Part shown: positions 43,586 through 58,988 of the stretch, one piece after another
Layout of the letters: each line of letters starts with the position of its first letter
Numbering within the stretch: position 1 is the stretch's first letter
DNA from: Octopus vulgaris
Taxonomy: Eukaryota
NCBI GenBank assembly: GCA_951406725.2
Contig: OX597837.1
Location: forward strand, 40,858,001-40,922,000
DNA length: 64,000 bases
Reading direction: 5' to 3'
Program-made: the position numbers and the translations under genes
The notes under the pieces: generated by a model
Told to the model about the DNA's origin: nothing
What the model saw: only the letters and a program-made list of their open reading frames with translations
The model's database searches: none

Positions 43586-45690
43586 GTATATATATATGCA
43601 TATATGTATGAATATTTAATGTACACAGTGTTACTACCCACCTTGTTAAGATACAACCTATCTATTGTCCCGAAGTCATCTAAATGTGCTCTTTATGTTC
43701 TCACTTAGATCAAGGAATATATATATGCGTGTGTGTGTGTGTGCTTATGTGTTTGTGTCTGTATGTACATGTCTACTTATATGTCTCACTCTCTCTCTCT
43801 CTCTATATATATATATGTGTGTGTGAGTGTGTGTATCTTTTTCTCTCACAGTACCTATACATATATAGGCACATATATATGAATATGTGTATATATATAT
43901 ATTCATATATATATATATACATTTATATACATATATATATTCTTATATTCATATATATATATATATATATATATATACAGGAAAAATAATAAGACAGAAT
44001 GCTATACTGAAAGTAAATTTTAATAAAAATGGGTGTATCAAAAATTAAAAAAGCAAACAAACCGGCCTTCATAACAAGGCAAATTTTCAAGATTTGGAAG
44101 GGAATTTTTTTTTTAATTGAGGAAGTGGGAACAAGAAATTTACAATGATTTTTTCAAAAAAATAACAAATATATACAAAAATTGATAAATAAGTGTACCA
44201 ATACATTTTAGTGCCTTTATGCATTTAGAGTTCAATATTAGTCCATGGAAAAACTTCTTTAGAAGATTAGGATGCATGTGTTTTAAACACATTCATCTCC
44301 AGGGAAGGCACACATCTTCAGTTCTGCAAGGCAATTCACCTTGGAGAAGTCCACTCCCGTGTGAATCCTACAACTTGCTGGTCACCGCAGCCATCTTAGA
44401 CTTCTGAACCAATTTGTCAAGCCTCCAAGCCTAAAGAAGTGTATCGCATTGTGCGGTTTGACTCTCAATTTAAAACCACAAGGGGAGAAAAAAATCCCTG
44501 CAGCGTTGAAGGCGAAAGCGTCGGGTACTGGATAGAACTGGCAGTATCAGACTGAACTGCTCATGTAGGCTCTTCCTCATAAATTTCGGACACAAAGAAC
44601 TGCCATCATTTTATCACATGAATTAAACACATACTTGATGTTTGTTTCATGTGTGTTTGATTCAGCCATGGAGGGGATAAACAGAATATATAACCCCCTT
44701 AAAACAGAACAAAAAATGCAAGTAACTTCAAGAAACATTACACAAAGAGTAAAACGAAAGACCTTCTCAATAAAAAAAATTCACAAGTATGTAAAATCCA
44801 TGAGCAATTTTACTAATAATTATTGTAATTAATAACTTTGGCTGCGAATGCAAAAGTTGTAAACTTCATGACTCCAACTATTATATTGGCCATACACGTG
44901 TTACTTCTTTTTATAGGTGACACATGCATCAATGGTAAGGAATATTAACAATATATAGCAACACAGGACGAAGCAAAAATAGAAACAGCTGTGGCTCAGG
45001 TTTCTATGCAGAATTCTCTACAGAAATACTTGATTAATGCTAAAAATAATGTTCCTAAAACAAGACAAAGGTAAGATAAAGACACTGACACTGCATAGTG
45101 CCAACAGCAAAGGGCAATAAACACAAAACTAACATAAGACTCTAAAAGTCGACATTCAAGTTTCAACACTTCTGGGCTACACCTATTGAATTAAAATTCT
45201 CTGAGAAGCACCAACATTCGCCAACATCACTTCATTCAGAAAATGAGAAATTGAAGAGCCAGAAATGTTGATGATGGATTTAACAACTTAAATGTTTCGA
45301 CCAAATTGCAAGCAACTTTTAAGAAGAATACGAAAGACGGATGAAACTACAAAGCAGGCGTGAGTTCAATTCTAACCTCTGGGTATGCGTACCTGCATGT
45401 TGTGTGTTTGTATGTGGGGTGTGTAGCACTCCTATTAAAAATACTCACATCAGCTGGTTGACTCGACTGTCCAGCTTAGGAATTTAAAGTACATTTGGTT
45501 TATGGGTCCTGGTTCAGGAGTTACTGAGTTTTGAACGGTGTGCAAACACCTCTTTGACGCTATTCTTCCCAGGTCTCCTCTGCTTCGAGCAGTGGCCCTC
45601 TTAGAGTCTCAGCTATGAGTTCAATACCATGTTATGGGAAAAACTCCAAGTCCGAACCGTCACCGAGTTATGAGTCTCTTGAACACAAAC

Positions 45691-45771
<81 letters not shown>

Positions 45772-46009
45772 GTATATATTTGGTTATTATTATTATTTTG
45801 CATTTTACTTAATCATTGGTGTATTGTTATTTCATTTTTAATATTTCTATTATATGTAATTTTCAAGATGGTATAATTTAATTGTTCATTTTGAATTGAT
45901 AAAAGTGTTTTTTTTTCTAATTTTTATATATATATTATACTTTGCTAAATTTGATTTGGTATTTCTAAACTGAATTTTTACCCTGTAAGTTAGGAATAAT
46001 ATTCCCTCA

Positions 46010-46060
<51 letters not shown>

Positions 46061-46250
46061 CATATATATACACATATATATATATATGTTTATGAGTGTG
46101 TATATATATATATATATGTATGCATATACGTACGTACACATAACGAACATATGTATACATGTGCATATATATATATATATGCATCTGCATATAAGTAAAT
46201 ACTATACTATATAGATGTATGTGGGTTTGCGTGTCAGTGTGTGCGTGTAC

Positions 46251-46281
<31 letters not shown>

Positions 46282-46428
46282 CGTGTGTATGTGTATGTGT
46301 GTATTTCAGCCGGGATTGGCATGTTTCCATTCCCATAACTTTGTGATTCGGCAAAGGGAAACGATAGAATAAGCGTCAGGCTTAAAAATAAGTAATGAGA
46401 GCGATTATCTACACACACACACACACAC

Positions 46429-46487
<59 letters not shown>

Positions 46488-46925
46488 CATGCATATAGAC
46501 ACACACACATACATATATATAATAGAAAGATATATATTATATTTATTCATGTATGTGTATAGATAGACATATAAATATTTTATGTCTTTTGATACATATA
46601 TTGCTATATGTAAATCAAATTATGTCTATATATATATTATTGTATTTGGGGGTGGGCATGTAAAACGAATATATATATATATATATAATTAGATAGATAT
46701 ATATATATACGTAAAAGTTTCCATACTCATATATATATACATATATATATACGTATATACACATACACATACACACACATTGCTTAATTTGCATGAAGCA
46801 GTTATTTATAGTAACATACTGCATTAAATATGTATACTGTATATGTATACTATATATATATGTGTGTGTGTGTCTGTGAATACACATATATGAAATATAT
46901 ATATAATTATGTACACTTATATATA

Positions 46926-46974
<49 letters not shown>

Positions 46975-47490
46975 ATATACATGCATGTATATGTATGTAT
47001 GTATATATGTATGCATGTATCTATACACATGCACGCATCTGTCTATTTACGAGTGTGAGCAGCCATAAATTAGAATATTAATATCAAGATAATTTTATTA
47101 TTCAATGACCCACCCGAGTCCTATAAATTATGGGTAGTTTTAATCCAATCATATTACCATGAATTTCCTTATATTTATAGTCCATAAAAGCCTAAAAAAA
47201 AAACAGAAATGAAAAATATACACACAAACACACCTTATTAAATTGCTTACACTATCGTGTATTGAACTTGTTCCCTTTACATCTCTCTCTGTCTGATTAA
47301 AATACGAACGTGGTGTGTTAGACAATACAACATATTCATATCTGAAAAAAGGTATGGAGTACGAAAAGTTGTCATTGGTTACCTGTAAAACCACGTGATC
47401 AATTGTATTCGCGGCTCTTTCCCTTTTATTTCATGGCGGTCTATTGTTCGAGTTTTATAATGAGACAATAGTGGCATTTTGCTTGCTTGC

Positions 47491-47531
<41 letters not shown>

Positions 47532-47720
47532 TGTGTGTTTACTTCTTTCCTTGCCTTTTTTCCCTTCTTTTTCTTTTTTCTTTCATCCTTCTGTTTTTTT
47601 GATAGTCATAAATATGAACCCTCTCTTTCTCACGCACACATAGAGATATCTACAGGTGAATATATATGTGTGTGTGTGTGTGTATGTGTGTGAGTGTATA
47701 CAGATAGATACATGTACATA

Positions 47721-47772
<52 letters not shown>

Positions 47773-48214
47773 CATATATACATATATGCATTTATATATA
47801 TATATGTATATATATACATATACATACATATATGCCTATATATAAATGCATATATATATTTATATATATGTATGTATGTATATATATATGCGTGTATGCG
47901 TGTATAAGGAAACACAGTCATATTGATACACCGGTAGCACCCAACCTCACTTTATATGCAAAGCTCTGACGTGACTCCTTATAACTTTGGCTATAAACAT
48001 TCACACATATAGAAAGGACCCATACTCTGCACTGCATACACACAAAGACATCACACACGCACATGCAGACACATGCACACTTACACATATACATGTGCAT
48101 ACGCATATATATATATATATATATATATGTTTGTATATGTTTCTATATATCTATCTGTGTGTATATATCTATCTCTACATATGTATGTATGTATATGCTG
48201 TGTCTATATTCTGT

Positions 48215-48455
48215 AATTCTTTTTATTTGTTTCAGCTATTTCACTGCGGCCATGCTGGAGCACCGCCTTTTAGTCGAACAAACCGACCCCAGGACTTATT
48301 CTTTGTAAGCCTCGTACTTAGTCTATCGGTCTATTTTTGCCGACCGCTAAGTTATGCGGACGTAAACACACCAACATCAGTTGTCAACGATGGAGGTGAG
48401 GTGGTGGACACAAACACAGAAATATATACATACACACACACACATATATATATAC

Positions 48456-48520
<65 letters not shown>

Positions 48521-48555
48521 TGTGTCTGTGTCTGTGTCTGTGCCTGTGTGTATAA

Positions 48556-48635
<80 letters not shown>

Positions 48636-48886
48636 AGACACACAGACTGAGGGGTGACATAGGTTGTTTTCAAATTTTAGCACTAGATTAGCAATTTTGG
48701 GGGATATGACCATTACATCGACCCTTGTATTCGTTTGTTGTCTGGAACTTATCTTATTGACCCCGAAAGGATGAAAGACGAATCTGACTTCAGCAGAATC
48801 TGAAGTCAAAGTCAGAACATAAAGACGGACCGAAATGCCGCTAAGCTTTATCCCGGCGGGCTAACGATTCTGCCAGCTCACCGCCT
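48215..48886 (-). mobile_element. SINE family B 3' part (48215-48430) and family C (48665-48886)
   Basis: Matches to the in-window family sequences. Confidence 0.85.
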
Positions 48887-49539
48887 TATATATATATATA
48901 CATTATATATAGACTCACACACACACATAAATACACATGGATCACGAATACATAAACGCTAGACATACTTTACCAGCGATACAGACACAACGCACATTTC
49001 CCTACAAGACACACACACACACAAAACAGCTATTTTCCGCGTTAAGCCAATATATGTCCGTTGTGGCGAACACTGGCGCACACACATTCTGACACACGAA
49101 CGCGCACACCGATATATAGAAACCTATACACACACACACGCACACACACACTCACCCATGCCTCGTCTTAACATAAGGAAGACAGTAGCATACACACATG
49201 CGCATACACACACACATACATAGAAATATATACACACGTATAATACATATTCACACAGATACGTCCACGCTTCTATTCACATCATATACAAAGCCATGCA
49301 ACGCTCTAAGTACGTCATACACACACGAATCATAATACGCCTACAAAACCACACACACACATACACACACACACACACAGACATACACACACACACACAT
49401 ACACGCACACACACACACACATACACATACACACACGCACATACACGTACACACATGCTTCCATACACATCTCCACAGACAAACACACCAGCACACAAAC
49501 ACACACACACGAACGCAAAGAAGCATATATAGGTGAAAG

Positions 49540-49610
49540 TCAGTGGGATTACGTGTGTATAAAGCGCATGCGTATTTCTATATCACAGCCACCATTTTGC
49601 GAGTAACTGG
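49540..49610 (+). promoter_or_regulatory. Candidate TATA/Inr core promoter
   Basis: TATAAAG 49558, NRF1-like GCGCATGCG 49564, Inr-like TCACAG 49583, YY1-like CCATTTTG 49592. Confidence 0.3.
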
Positions 49611-49850
49611 ATTGAGAATTATTTTCATTGAAAACTGGTTATATTTAGACCTTGTCAATGCAAGTTTTTCCCTCTCAACCCGACGGTTTATTGAATTCAG
49701 GGCTGTTGTTGCGAGTTTAGTCACACATTCAACCCAATCAAATCGCTGGATAAAATCGAACCGCATAACAGACGCAATTACTAAGCATTGATTACATTGT
49801 GGCGTGCAACATCTATCACTGCAATTGTTAAGTACCGATTTAACGGACCC

Positions 49851-49869
49851 ATTATTATTATTATAATCA

Positions 49870-49906
<37 letters not shown>

Positions 49907-49908
49907 CG

Positions 49909-49948
<40 letters not shown>

Positions 49949-50034
49949 TATCGTTATCATTATTATTATTATTATTATTATTATCATTAATATTTTTATT
50001 ATTATTATTATTATCATTATTATTATTATCGTTA

Positions 50035-50077
<43 letters not shown>

Positions 50078-50082
50078 CGTTG

Positions 50083-50143
<61 letters not shown>

Positions 50144-50207
50144 TATTATTATTATTATTATCATTATTATTATTACTATTATCGTTATCATTATTATTAT
50201 TATTATA

Positions 50208-50239
<32 letters not shown>

Positions 50240-50667
50240 CATTATTATTATTTCAATGGTTAGTTTAACATTACTTTAAGTATTTATTTATTTATTTTAT
50301 TTTATTTTTTTCTTATATACTTTGATTGCTTTTATATTTATCTGATTCGATATATTGATTATTAAAATTAACATGCCGTTTATTATGAAGGAATGAGAAA
50401 AAAAAATGTTGCATTTCATTACGCGGTCTTTCGTCATTTGATAGTACCATGCACGGCGATCTTCTGCCTTATATATTTACTGGTTTTTGCCATCATTTTG
50501 CAAGAAATAGCAGCGAAAATTTCCCTCAAATTACATTATTCTGTTTTATGTAGAAATATCATTATTTTATTTTATGCGCCCTTTTCAAGCCTAGTCAGGT
50601 TCACGGACCCGGTTTCCCGGTTTCTGTGGCGCATGTCGACCTCGGAGGAATTTCAACTCAGAACGTA

Positions 50668-50744
<77 letters not shown>

Positions 50745-50940
50745 TAATAATAATAATAATATCAATAATAATAATAATAATAACAACAACAAAAACAATA
50801 ACAACAATGATAATAATAATAATGATAATAATAATAATAACAACAACAATAATAACAACAATGATAATAATAACAATAACAATAATAATAATAATAATGA
50901 TAATAATAATAATAATAATAATAATATTAATAATAATAAC

Positions 50941-50973
<33 letters not shown>

Positions 50974-50974
50974 C

Positions 50975-51020
<46 letters not shown>

Positions 51021-51030
51021 TAATAATAAT
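49851..51030. repeat. Opposed (TTA)n (49851-50250) and (AAT)n (50668-51030) tracts
   Basis: Direct observation. Confidence 0.95.
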
Positions 51031-51034
51031 TATT

Positions 51035-51830
51035 CTTTCTACTGTAGGCACAGCTTACATTGACCCTGGCACCTGATCTGTACTCATTTCAGCTACTCCT
51101 AAAGAATGAGCTGCGATGTCGACTGGAGTGAAATGTGAACCAAGAACGTAAAGACAGATACGGATGAAATACTAGTCAGCATTTTGTCCGAGCAAATATT
51201 GAGAATAATTCTTTCTACCATATCCACAAGGACTGCAATTATGGGTGAGGAGTTTGGTCGAGATTACATCGACTTCAGTGCTTAACTGCTGCTTATTTTA
51301 TCGACCCCGGAATCTGAACTCGGCCTAATCGACCCCGGAATCTGAACCTGGCCTTAGCGGAATCTGAACTCAGAACGTAAAGCAAAGGAAATGCCGCTAA
51401 GCATTTCGTCAGGTGTGTTAGCGATCTGCCACCTCGTCGCCTTTAAATGACATCTTATATGGCGATCCTAGATAAGGTTTATCTGAGGGATTCTAGATAG
51501 AGTACTATAGTTACGGTGGGGATTGGTTCCTAGATGACTGCTTAAGTGTTACTGGCCTGGGGTTAAATAAAAGCAAACTACGGTGTAAATCTTTTATCTT
51601 TTACCTCTTATTTGTTTCAGCCATTGAACTGCGGACAAACTGGAGCACAGCTTTGAAGGGTCTGACCGAACAAATTCACCCCAGTAGTGTTTTTAATAAG
51701 GTACTGTGTGATACTCACCATCATATCGGACTGCCTTGTGGAAACCGCTTAAATTGTGGGAGCATAAACAAACCAAGACCGGGCTGTCAAGCGGTTGAGA
51801 GTAAAACTATAAACACACACATATTGACAC
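51035..51830 (-). mobile_element. SINE family C copies (51035-51190, 51208-51442) and diverged family B (51595-51830)
   Basis: Family motifs; internal micro-duplication atcgaccccggaatctgaac x2. Confidence 0.75.
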
Positions 51831-52059
51831 AAAAACACGGATACACACACGCACATACACACACACACGTATACACACATACACGCACGCGCATATTAAA
51901 ACCAGTTAATATTATTTGTTCACTAATTTCTCCGACATTTGCTCTATATATCATAACCAGTAATTCAACTTAGTAGTAACCACATCACTAAAGACACCGA
52001 CTGAATCGTAGTCTGCGTGGACTACCAAAATCAACACTAGCAGTCGTAAATCTGTCTAT

Positions 52060-52465
<406 letters not shown>

Positions 52466-52731
52466 TACATATCATAATAATAATAGTATGGAATACAATT
52501 CCAAAACTTACAGGGAAAAATTCAATAAAATTTAAAATCAAATTTCACAATATATAATATATGTATATAATTTAGAGAGAAACTACCATTGGACTATTCA
52601 ATAAAGAAAGATATTATTCACCATATAGAAAATATATACCATTAAGAAAAACCTTATTTTAAATCAATAAAGTACAATAAATAGTAAATAGTAGTAAAAA
52701 GACTACGCACGTTTCATGGCTATATTTTCAA

Positions 52732-52782
<51 letters not shown>

Positions 52783-52994
52783 AAAACACAGAGTAATATG
52801 GAAAGGTAAGGATCGCGCATTTTCGCTCAAATTTCCTGCGAGCTAACATGGATCCCCTTGACAACAATGTAATATATCACATTACTTTGGATTGTCATGG
52901 TGATATACTGTTCAATGTTGTTCTTCATGTATTTTGCACATGTGATTAATATGTATGTATATTTGTATTTTTATATATATATATATATGATATG

Positions 52995-53028
<34 letters not shown>

Positions 53029-53029
53029 C

Positions 53030-53110
<81 letters not shown>

Positions 53111-53114
<4 letters not shown>

Positions 53115-53356
53115 GATGGCCAAATGTCACTCGACAGTAAATCAAAACCATTTAATTCCAGGATTGATTTATCTTTAACAAATGAATGAAATTTAATAAA
53201 AAATTTAATAAAAGCATCTAAATATGAAACATCATGAAACTTGTTCAAACTGAAATCCTTCTTGAACGATACCATTTTCCGAAAGAATAAATAAAATTGA
53301 ATATTAAGAAGTTATGGTATTTTGATTTACTGTCGGGTGACTTTAGCCGAACCCTG
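53111..53356. mobile_element. Complete Tc1/mariner MITE (~246 bp)
   Basis: ~42-bp imperfect TIRs (cagagatggccaaatgtcactcgacagtaaatcaaaa vs, reverse-complemented, cagggttcggctaaagtcacccgacagtaaatcaaaa); TA flanks. Confidence 0.85.
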
Positions 53357-53367
53357 TATATATATAA

Positions 53368-53409
<42 letters not shown>

Positions 53410-53809
53410 TGAGCTTTCATACAGTTTCTGTCTACAAAGTTCATTCAAAAGACATTAGTTTTCTTATGACTATAATGGAAGACATTTGCCCCAAGATGCT
53501 TCACAATAGAACTGGAACCCAAACCACATGGTCGCAAAGCCATGAGTCTTGATTTCAAAACATCTAAAACATATAGAAGAAAAAACAACGAACTCGATAT
53601 TTTTCACAATTATCTGACGACTATTATGATGATAGAGTTGGGCCAATAAGAGCAACATTATCATGAAGTTGAACTAATTGTGTTTGGTCAATTGTTAATT
53701 TGATTTTAAACATTTAATAAACTATTAAAATTGATTAATAAAGAATAGTAAGATTAAACGTACCATAACCGAAAGCCTTTTGTAATGGTGTCTTCATTGG
53801 TTATTAGGA

Positions 53810-54540
53810 GATGAATGTATATTTCACATATAATGATATGCTTATATGATGTTGATATTATATTTCACCTAATGGTCACATGGTGATATGGATGTATTCT
53901 GTATACTTCACATTATATGATATAGTTCACACCATGAAATGCTACTGCATATAATGATATCATAAATTCCACATGTTGATGTAATATTGTTAAAGTAATG
54001 GCACGATATAATTCACATAATGATATGTAATAATTCACATGATGATATCTTAGCTATCATAATGATATAATACAGTTCGCATGATGATACGATATAGTTC
54101 ACAAGACGATATGTTATAATTCAAGTAATAATGTAATATAATGAACATGATATCACAGCTCATATGGTGATATGATAGAGTTCACAAAATGATAACATTC
54201 ACATAATGATACGATATACTTCGCATGATGGCATAACAAATCAGATAATATGATATAGTTTATATAATGCTATGATAAAATTCATATACTCATGTGACAC
54301 CTTTAACATAATGATATGATATCGTCCAAATATTGGTATAATATGGTTCACACAATCATATAGTATTGCCCGCATATTGATATGATATTGTGTTCACAGT
54401 GATATGATATAATCCACATGTTGAGATTATATTCTTTACATAATGATATATAGTCCACATTTTGATACGAGACTTCACATAATGATATCTATCTATAGTA
54501 CACATAATTATATATTTGATAACACCCATAATTATATTGG
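53810..54540. repeat. Degenerate 22-bp minisatellite
   Basis: Unit approx. TGATATGATATAGTTCACATAA. Confidence 0.8.
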
Positions 54541-54544
54541 TTGT

Positions 54545-54680
54545 AAATATTTGCAAAAGGCCAGTTTCGGGGGCGGGGGTTAGTCGATTACATCGACCCC
54601 AGTGCCCAAATGGTACTAATTTTATCGAACTTTAAAGGATGAAAGGCAAAGTCGACTTCGACGGAATTTGAACTCAGAAA
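54545..54680 (-). mobile_element. SINE family C partial
   Basis: tagtcgattacatcgacccc, ggatgaaaggcaaagtcgac. Confidence 0.85.
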
Positions 54681-55343
54681 TCAGTATCGCCGCCTCAATA
54701 CCCATGGTAATATTAAGATCACAAGAGGAAAGTTTAAATGATGGTATATTTACGAAGTGGTTTGGTAGTTCACATGACAATATGATAATCTCTAATCTGA
54801 TTGGTTGATTGTAGTTGACCAGATGGGAAGCTCAATATAGAAGGCAAGTTAATTGATACATTGATCTCTTGTTGATTGGTTTCTTCATTAGTTATTTATT
54901 ATTTATAGTCCGGTAATTGGTCGTTCATGTTTAACGGGAGTCCTGTAGCGATGATTCACGGAATGTTATATAGTTAACAATCTTGTGTGGTGAACAATTT
55001 CAATCCCCAAATCCCAAAATTTGTGTAAAATGTCATGAATATCATGGCCGCCAAGCAGTGGTTTCTCTATGTACATAGAAATGCATCGTAATCTCTGTGT
55101 GTCCGTGTATGCTCGTATGTGAACTTATGCGTGCGTTTATGTTTGTGTGTGTGTGTGTGGATGCGTAAGACAGGGAGAGAGAAAGAAAGATAGAAAGAGA
55201 ATATACAGGAATGTGTAAAATTAAGCAAATCACTCACCATTTATGTATGTCCAAATATATATGAATGTTGATATGGAATACATACACACATGAACATATG
55301 TACATGTGTGTGTGTAACATATATACTCTCTTTCTCTCTCTCT

Positions 55344-55618
55344 CTATCCGCTCAGTCGAAGTCGACACTGGGTCACTCGTTTGATCTGTGACCTCCAGTC
55401 CGTTCTATCCTGGGCCGCTTCCTTCAGACTGGCCATGTCCATTCCGGTATCACTCCTGATGGTGTCAAGCTAGCGGGTTCTTGGTCGGCCTCTTCCTCTC
55501 TTGCCACTGACCATTCCGAGAATGATGTCCTTCTCCAGGGATTCTCTCCGCATAATATGACCGAAATATGCCAATCTACGCTTGGTGATCCTAGCTTCTA
55601 GCGACATTTTCGGCCTTA
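55344..55618 (-). mobile_element. RTE-clade LINE 3' fragment
   Basis: SLEARITKRRLAYFGHIMRRESLEKDIILGMVSGKRGRGRPRTR*LDTI...DRTDWR, then stop and (GA)n tail. Confidence 0.9.
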
Positions 55619-55857
55619 TATATATACACATACACACATATATGTATCTACAATGACAAATATGTGTGTGTGTATGTGTGTGTATTACTCTCCTCATCTA
55701 TCTTCTTTGTTGGAGAGCGTAGCCTTGAGATGTTGAACATATCTTCCATTTTATCCTGCGAATTAAACCAATACTCTGTTGATTTTTCACCTCTTCTTGG
55801 TAAATTCTTTTTCTATTTTGGAGCCGTATATAAATATATATAAGTGTGTGTGTGTGC

Positions 55858-55906
<49 letters not shown>

Positions 55907-56509
55907 TCTTTGTATATGTGTGCGTATTTGCGTATACATGTATAGTTTCTGTCCCTGATTGGTGTCTCAGACTTCATTTTAACCAAGCATCCGTTCTTTA
56001 GCAAATTTCCATGTGTGTGACTATGTGTGCGTATTTGTGTGTATGTAAATGTGTGCTTTTCTGTTTCTAAGGTACGTCCTGTTCTCCTTATCATCCTCTG
56101 CACAACCTTCCACCTTCTAAACTTGAAGACGTTAATCTACTTTTCATTCTCCCTCAGTTCGTGACACTCTTTATCGTACAATTTCATTGAAACACGCTCC
56201 TTTTCAAACAATCCATATTCAGCCATATTTGATCCTGGTAGTTAGGCATCATGCCTTGTGGCTCCGATAATAACTGGTATAAAACTGAAAAAATATTATA
56301 TGGATTCAAGTAACCCGGAAGAACTCATAAAAAAAGCTCCTTGAAGTGTCGTTGTCGTGTTATTAGGATTTTTATCGTTAAAGATTCATCTAAATATTAC
56401 TCTGTCATTTATGATTGTATGTATGTATGTACGTATGTATGTATGTACGTATGTATGTATGTATGTATGTATGTATATATATATATATATATACACATAT
56501 ATATGTATG

Positions 56510-56545
<36 letters not shown>

Positions 56546-56962
56546 TACATACATATATATGTGTATATATGTGCACACTTATATGTATATATATATACAT
56601 ACATACATTCATACGTACGTATATATATATATATATATATATATACATTCATACATATATATGTATATATATGTGTGTGTGTGGGTGTGTATGTGTGTAT
56701 AAAGTTAAGATCCAAGGATCAAGGTGTAGCAAGTTAGTGAGTTTCAAGCAGTCGGTAGAAGGTATAAACTTTCCAGAATAGTCGTGGTTTATTGGCGTAG
56801 AAGCTTGTGAATTCTTCCGTATCGAAATACGATGAGCTGATAAAAGGCTACTTTATAGTTCATGGTTAGCAACTGTAGTTGCTGTATATGCGAATAAATA
56901 TCCAAAAATTAGGGAGTGGAATCGATAAAATCCAGGCTACATACGTTTCATAGCTATATGAA

Positions 56963-56994
<32 letters not shown>

Positions 56995-56995
56995 T

Positions 56996-57215
56996 CATGT
57001 CACAAGGCTCACAGAAAACAGGTGGACGTGTGCAGATGTCGCGTGGTATCCACGAAATCGGAAAAGGTCACTTGGAAGGGCTCCACAAAAATGGGAAGAC
57101 GAGTCGGTCAATCAGTTCGGGTCAAGATGGAAAAGAATGGGGGCATTCAAGACAGAATTGGAAGAGCATCGTGATCAGCGGTGTATAACAGCATTTGATG
57201 GTCTCGTTGATACTG
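56996..57215 (+). mobile_element. Second RTE-type LINE 3' fragment
   Basis: HVTRLTENRWT..VAWYPRNRKRSLGRAPQKWEDE..FGSRWKR (GHxxR..RW..W.P...R..GRP..RW motif). Confidence 0.8.
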
Positions 57216-57654
57216 TGCTGCATATATTCATATATATATATATATATATATTTGTGTGTATGTGTGTGTATATAAGTATGTACGTACGTATTTACGTATG
57301 TATGTCTATATGTCAGACCGCATTCTACGCACTCTACAGACCTTCGTCTACACCAAATATACGTAAACATACATACAAACAGTAAGTATAAACGTATTTA
57401 TGTACGTATAACATATTAAGGTTTTATTTCACTCCCCCACACACATATACACATACATATACACATTGTCGCATATTCACTCATATGTGTGTGTGTGTGT
57501 TTGTGTCTAGGGGAGTATGTGCGCATCACAAATGTTTGTGTGTCGTGTGTGCATATATGCATGTATACGTCTGAGTGTGTGTGTATGTGTGTGTGTCTGT
57601 GTGTGTAATGGGTCGTATATGCAGAGAAGCGGACAATGCAAAAAAGGTAGACAG

Positions 57655-58210
57655 CCAAAAAGAAGAAACATTATGATGTAGGGTGAGAAAGAAAGAAAGA
57701 ATTAATGGATGAAAGAAAAAAAGAAAGGAAGGAAGAGATAGAGAAAGAGGGAAATGGTATAGGAGAGAGAATGAAGAAAGCGATAAAGAGGCAAGGTGGA
57801 TAGAGAGAGAGAGAAAGAGAGAGGAGTGAAGTAGATTGCAAAGTGTAGGATATAGTAAAAGTTGATGGAGATAGACGGAGGGTAGAGAGAGGGTAGAAGG
57901 GAAGGGAAAGAAAGAGTCGACAAAGAGGAGGAGAGAGGGACGAGAGAGTGAGCGAAGGAGAGACAGAAAAAGCAAGCAAAGGAAACCGGGGAGAGGTGAG
58001 AGAGAAGGAGAGAGAGGCGTTAGAAGTGGCGATAGAGAGAGGAAGAGTGGTGGGAGTACTGGAAAGAGAGAGAGTGGAGAGAAAGAAATTGGGAGGTGAG
58101 GAGAGAGGAGGATGAGAGAGAGAGAAGCAAAGACAAAGAAACAGAGAGAGAGGAATGGGAGGAGGGAAACGACAGAGAGAGAAAGAGACGGAGAAAGAGA
58201 GAGAGAAAGT
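57655..58210. repeat. Polypurine (GA-rich) tract; a second one at 59740-60175
   Basis: Direct observation. Confidence 0.85.
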
Positions 58211-58707
58211 GTTTGTAATAATCCCTTTAACTTCAAAGTATTACTGAATTTATCAAACACCTGTTTGACCATCTTAGACTCACCTTGTTCTTTTACCTGT
58301 CTTAATTAACATTATCCGTACAGGTACATAGCCTAACATATCTCCACCCACACCCTAAACTCCTTCCTCCTTGATTGTTCATGGTTATAAACCCCCTTTT
58401 CCCTATTCTTATCCCAATTTAGTCATTTCCTATCTTTATTCGCTTCTCTTAACAACAAGGTAAAAGCACGGCGAGAAATAGCAGCTAAACCTCCATTGAA
58501 TAACATGCTACAGTATTTCTTTTCTTCTTCTTCAGCCCTATAATTCGTAAGGGCCGTCGTTCGGTTTCCGGCACGTTTAAGTAACTTTTAGCTATTGACT
58601 TTGCTTTCATCCTTTCGGGGTCGATCAAATGCACACTGGGGACGATGAACTCAACTCAACTCAACTCACCCACAAAATTTCAGGCCTTGTACCTTTAGTA
58701 GAAAGGA

Positions 58708-58843
<136 letters not shown>

Positions 58844-58901
58844 CATTATTACTATTATTATTATTATCATTATTATTATTATCATTATTATTATTATTAT
58901 C

Positions 58902-58951
<50 letters not shown>

Positions 58952-58953
58952 TA

Positions 58954-58988
<35 letters not shown>

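Noticed and set aside
44200-44640. Higher-GC unique block as coding sequence or piggyBac remnant
   Set aside because: No sustained ORF and no recognisable motif or TIR pair.
47235-47384. Minus-strand open frame between ttttacag| and ag|gtgtgt
   Set aside because: Weak donor inside a TG repeat, unrecognised peptide, no supporting neighbour exons.
49581-49604. TATCACAGCCACCATTTTGCGAGT resembles miR-2/miR-13
   Set aside because: No complementary arm upstream or downstream to form a pre-miRNA hairpin; overlaps a YY1-like motif instead.
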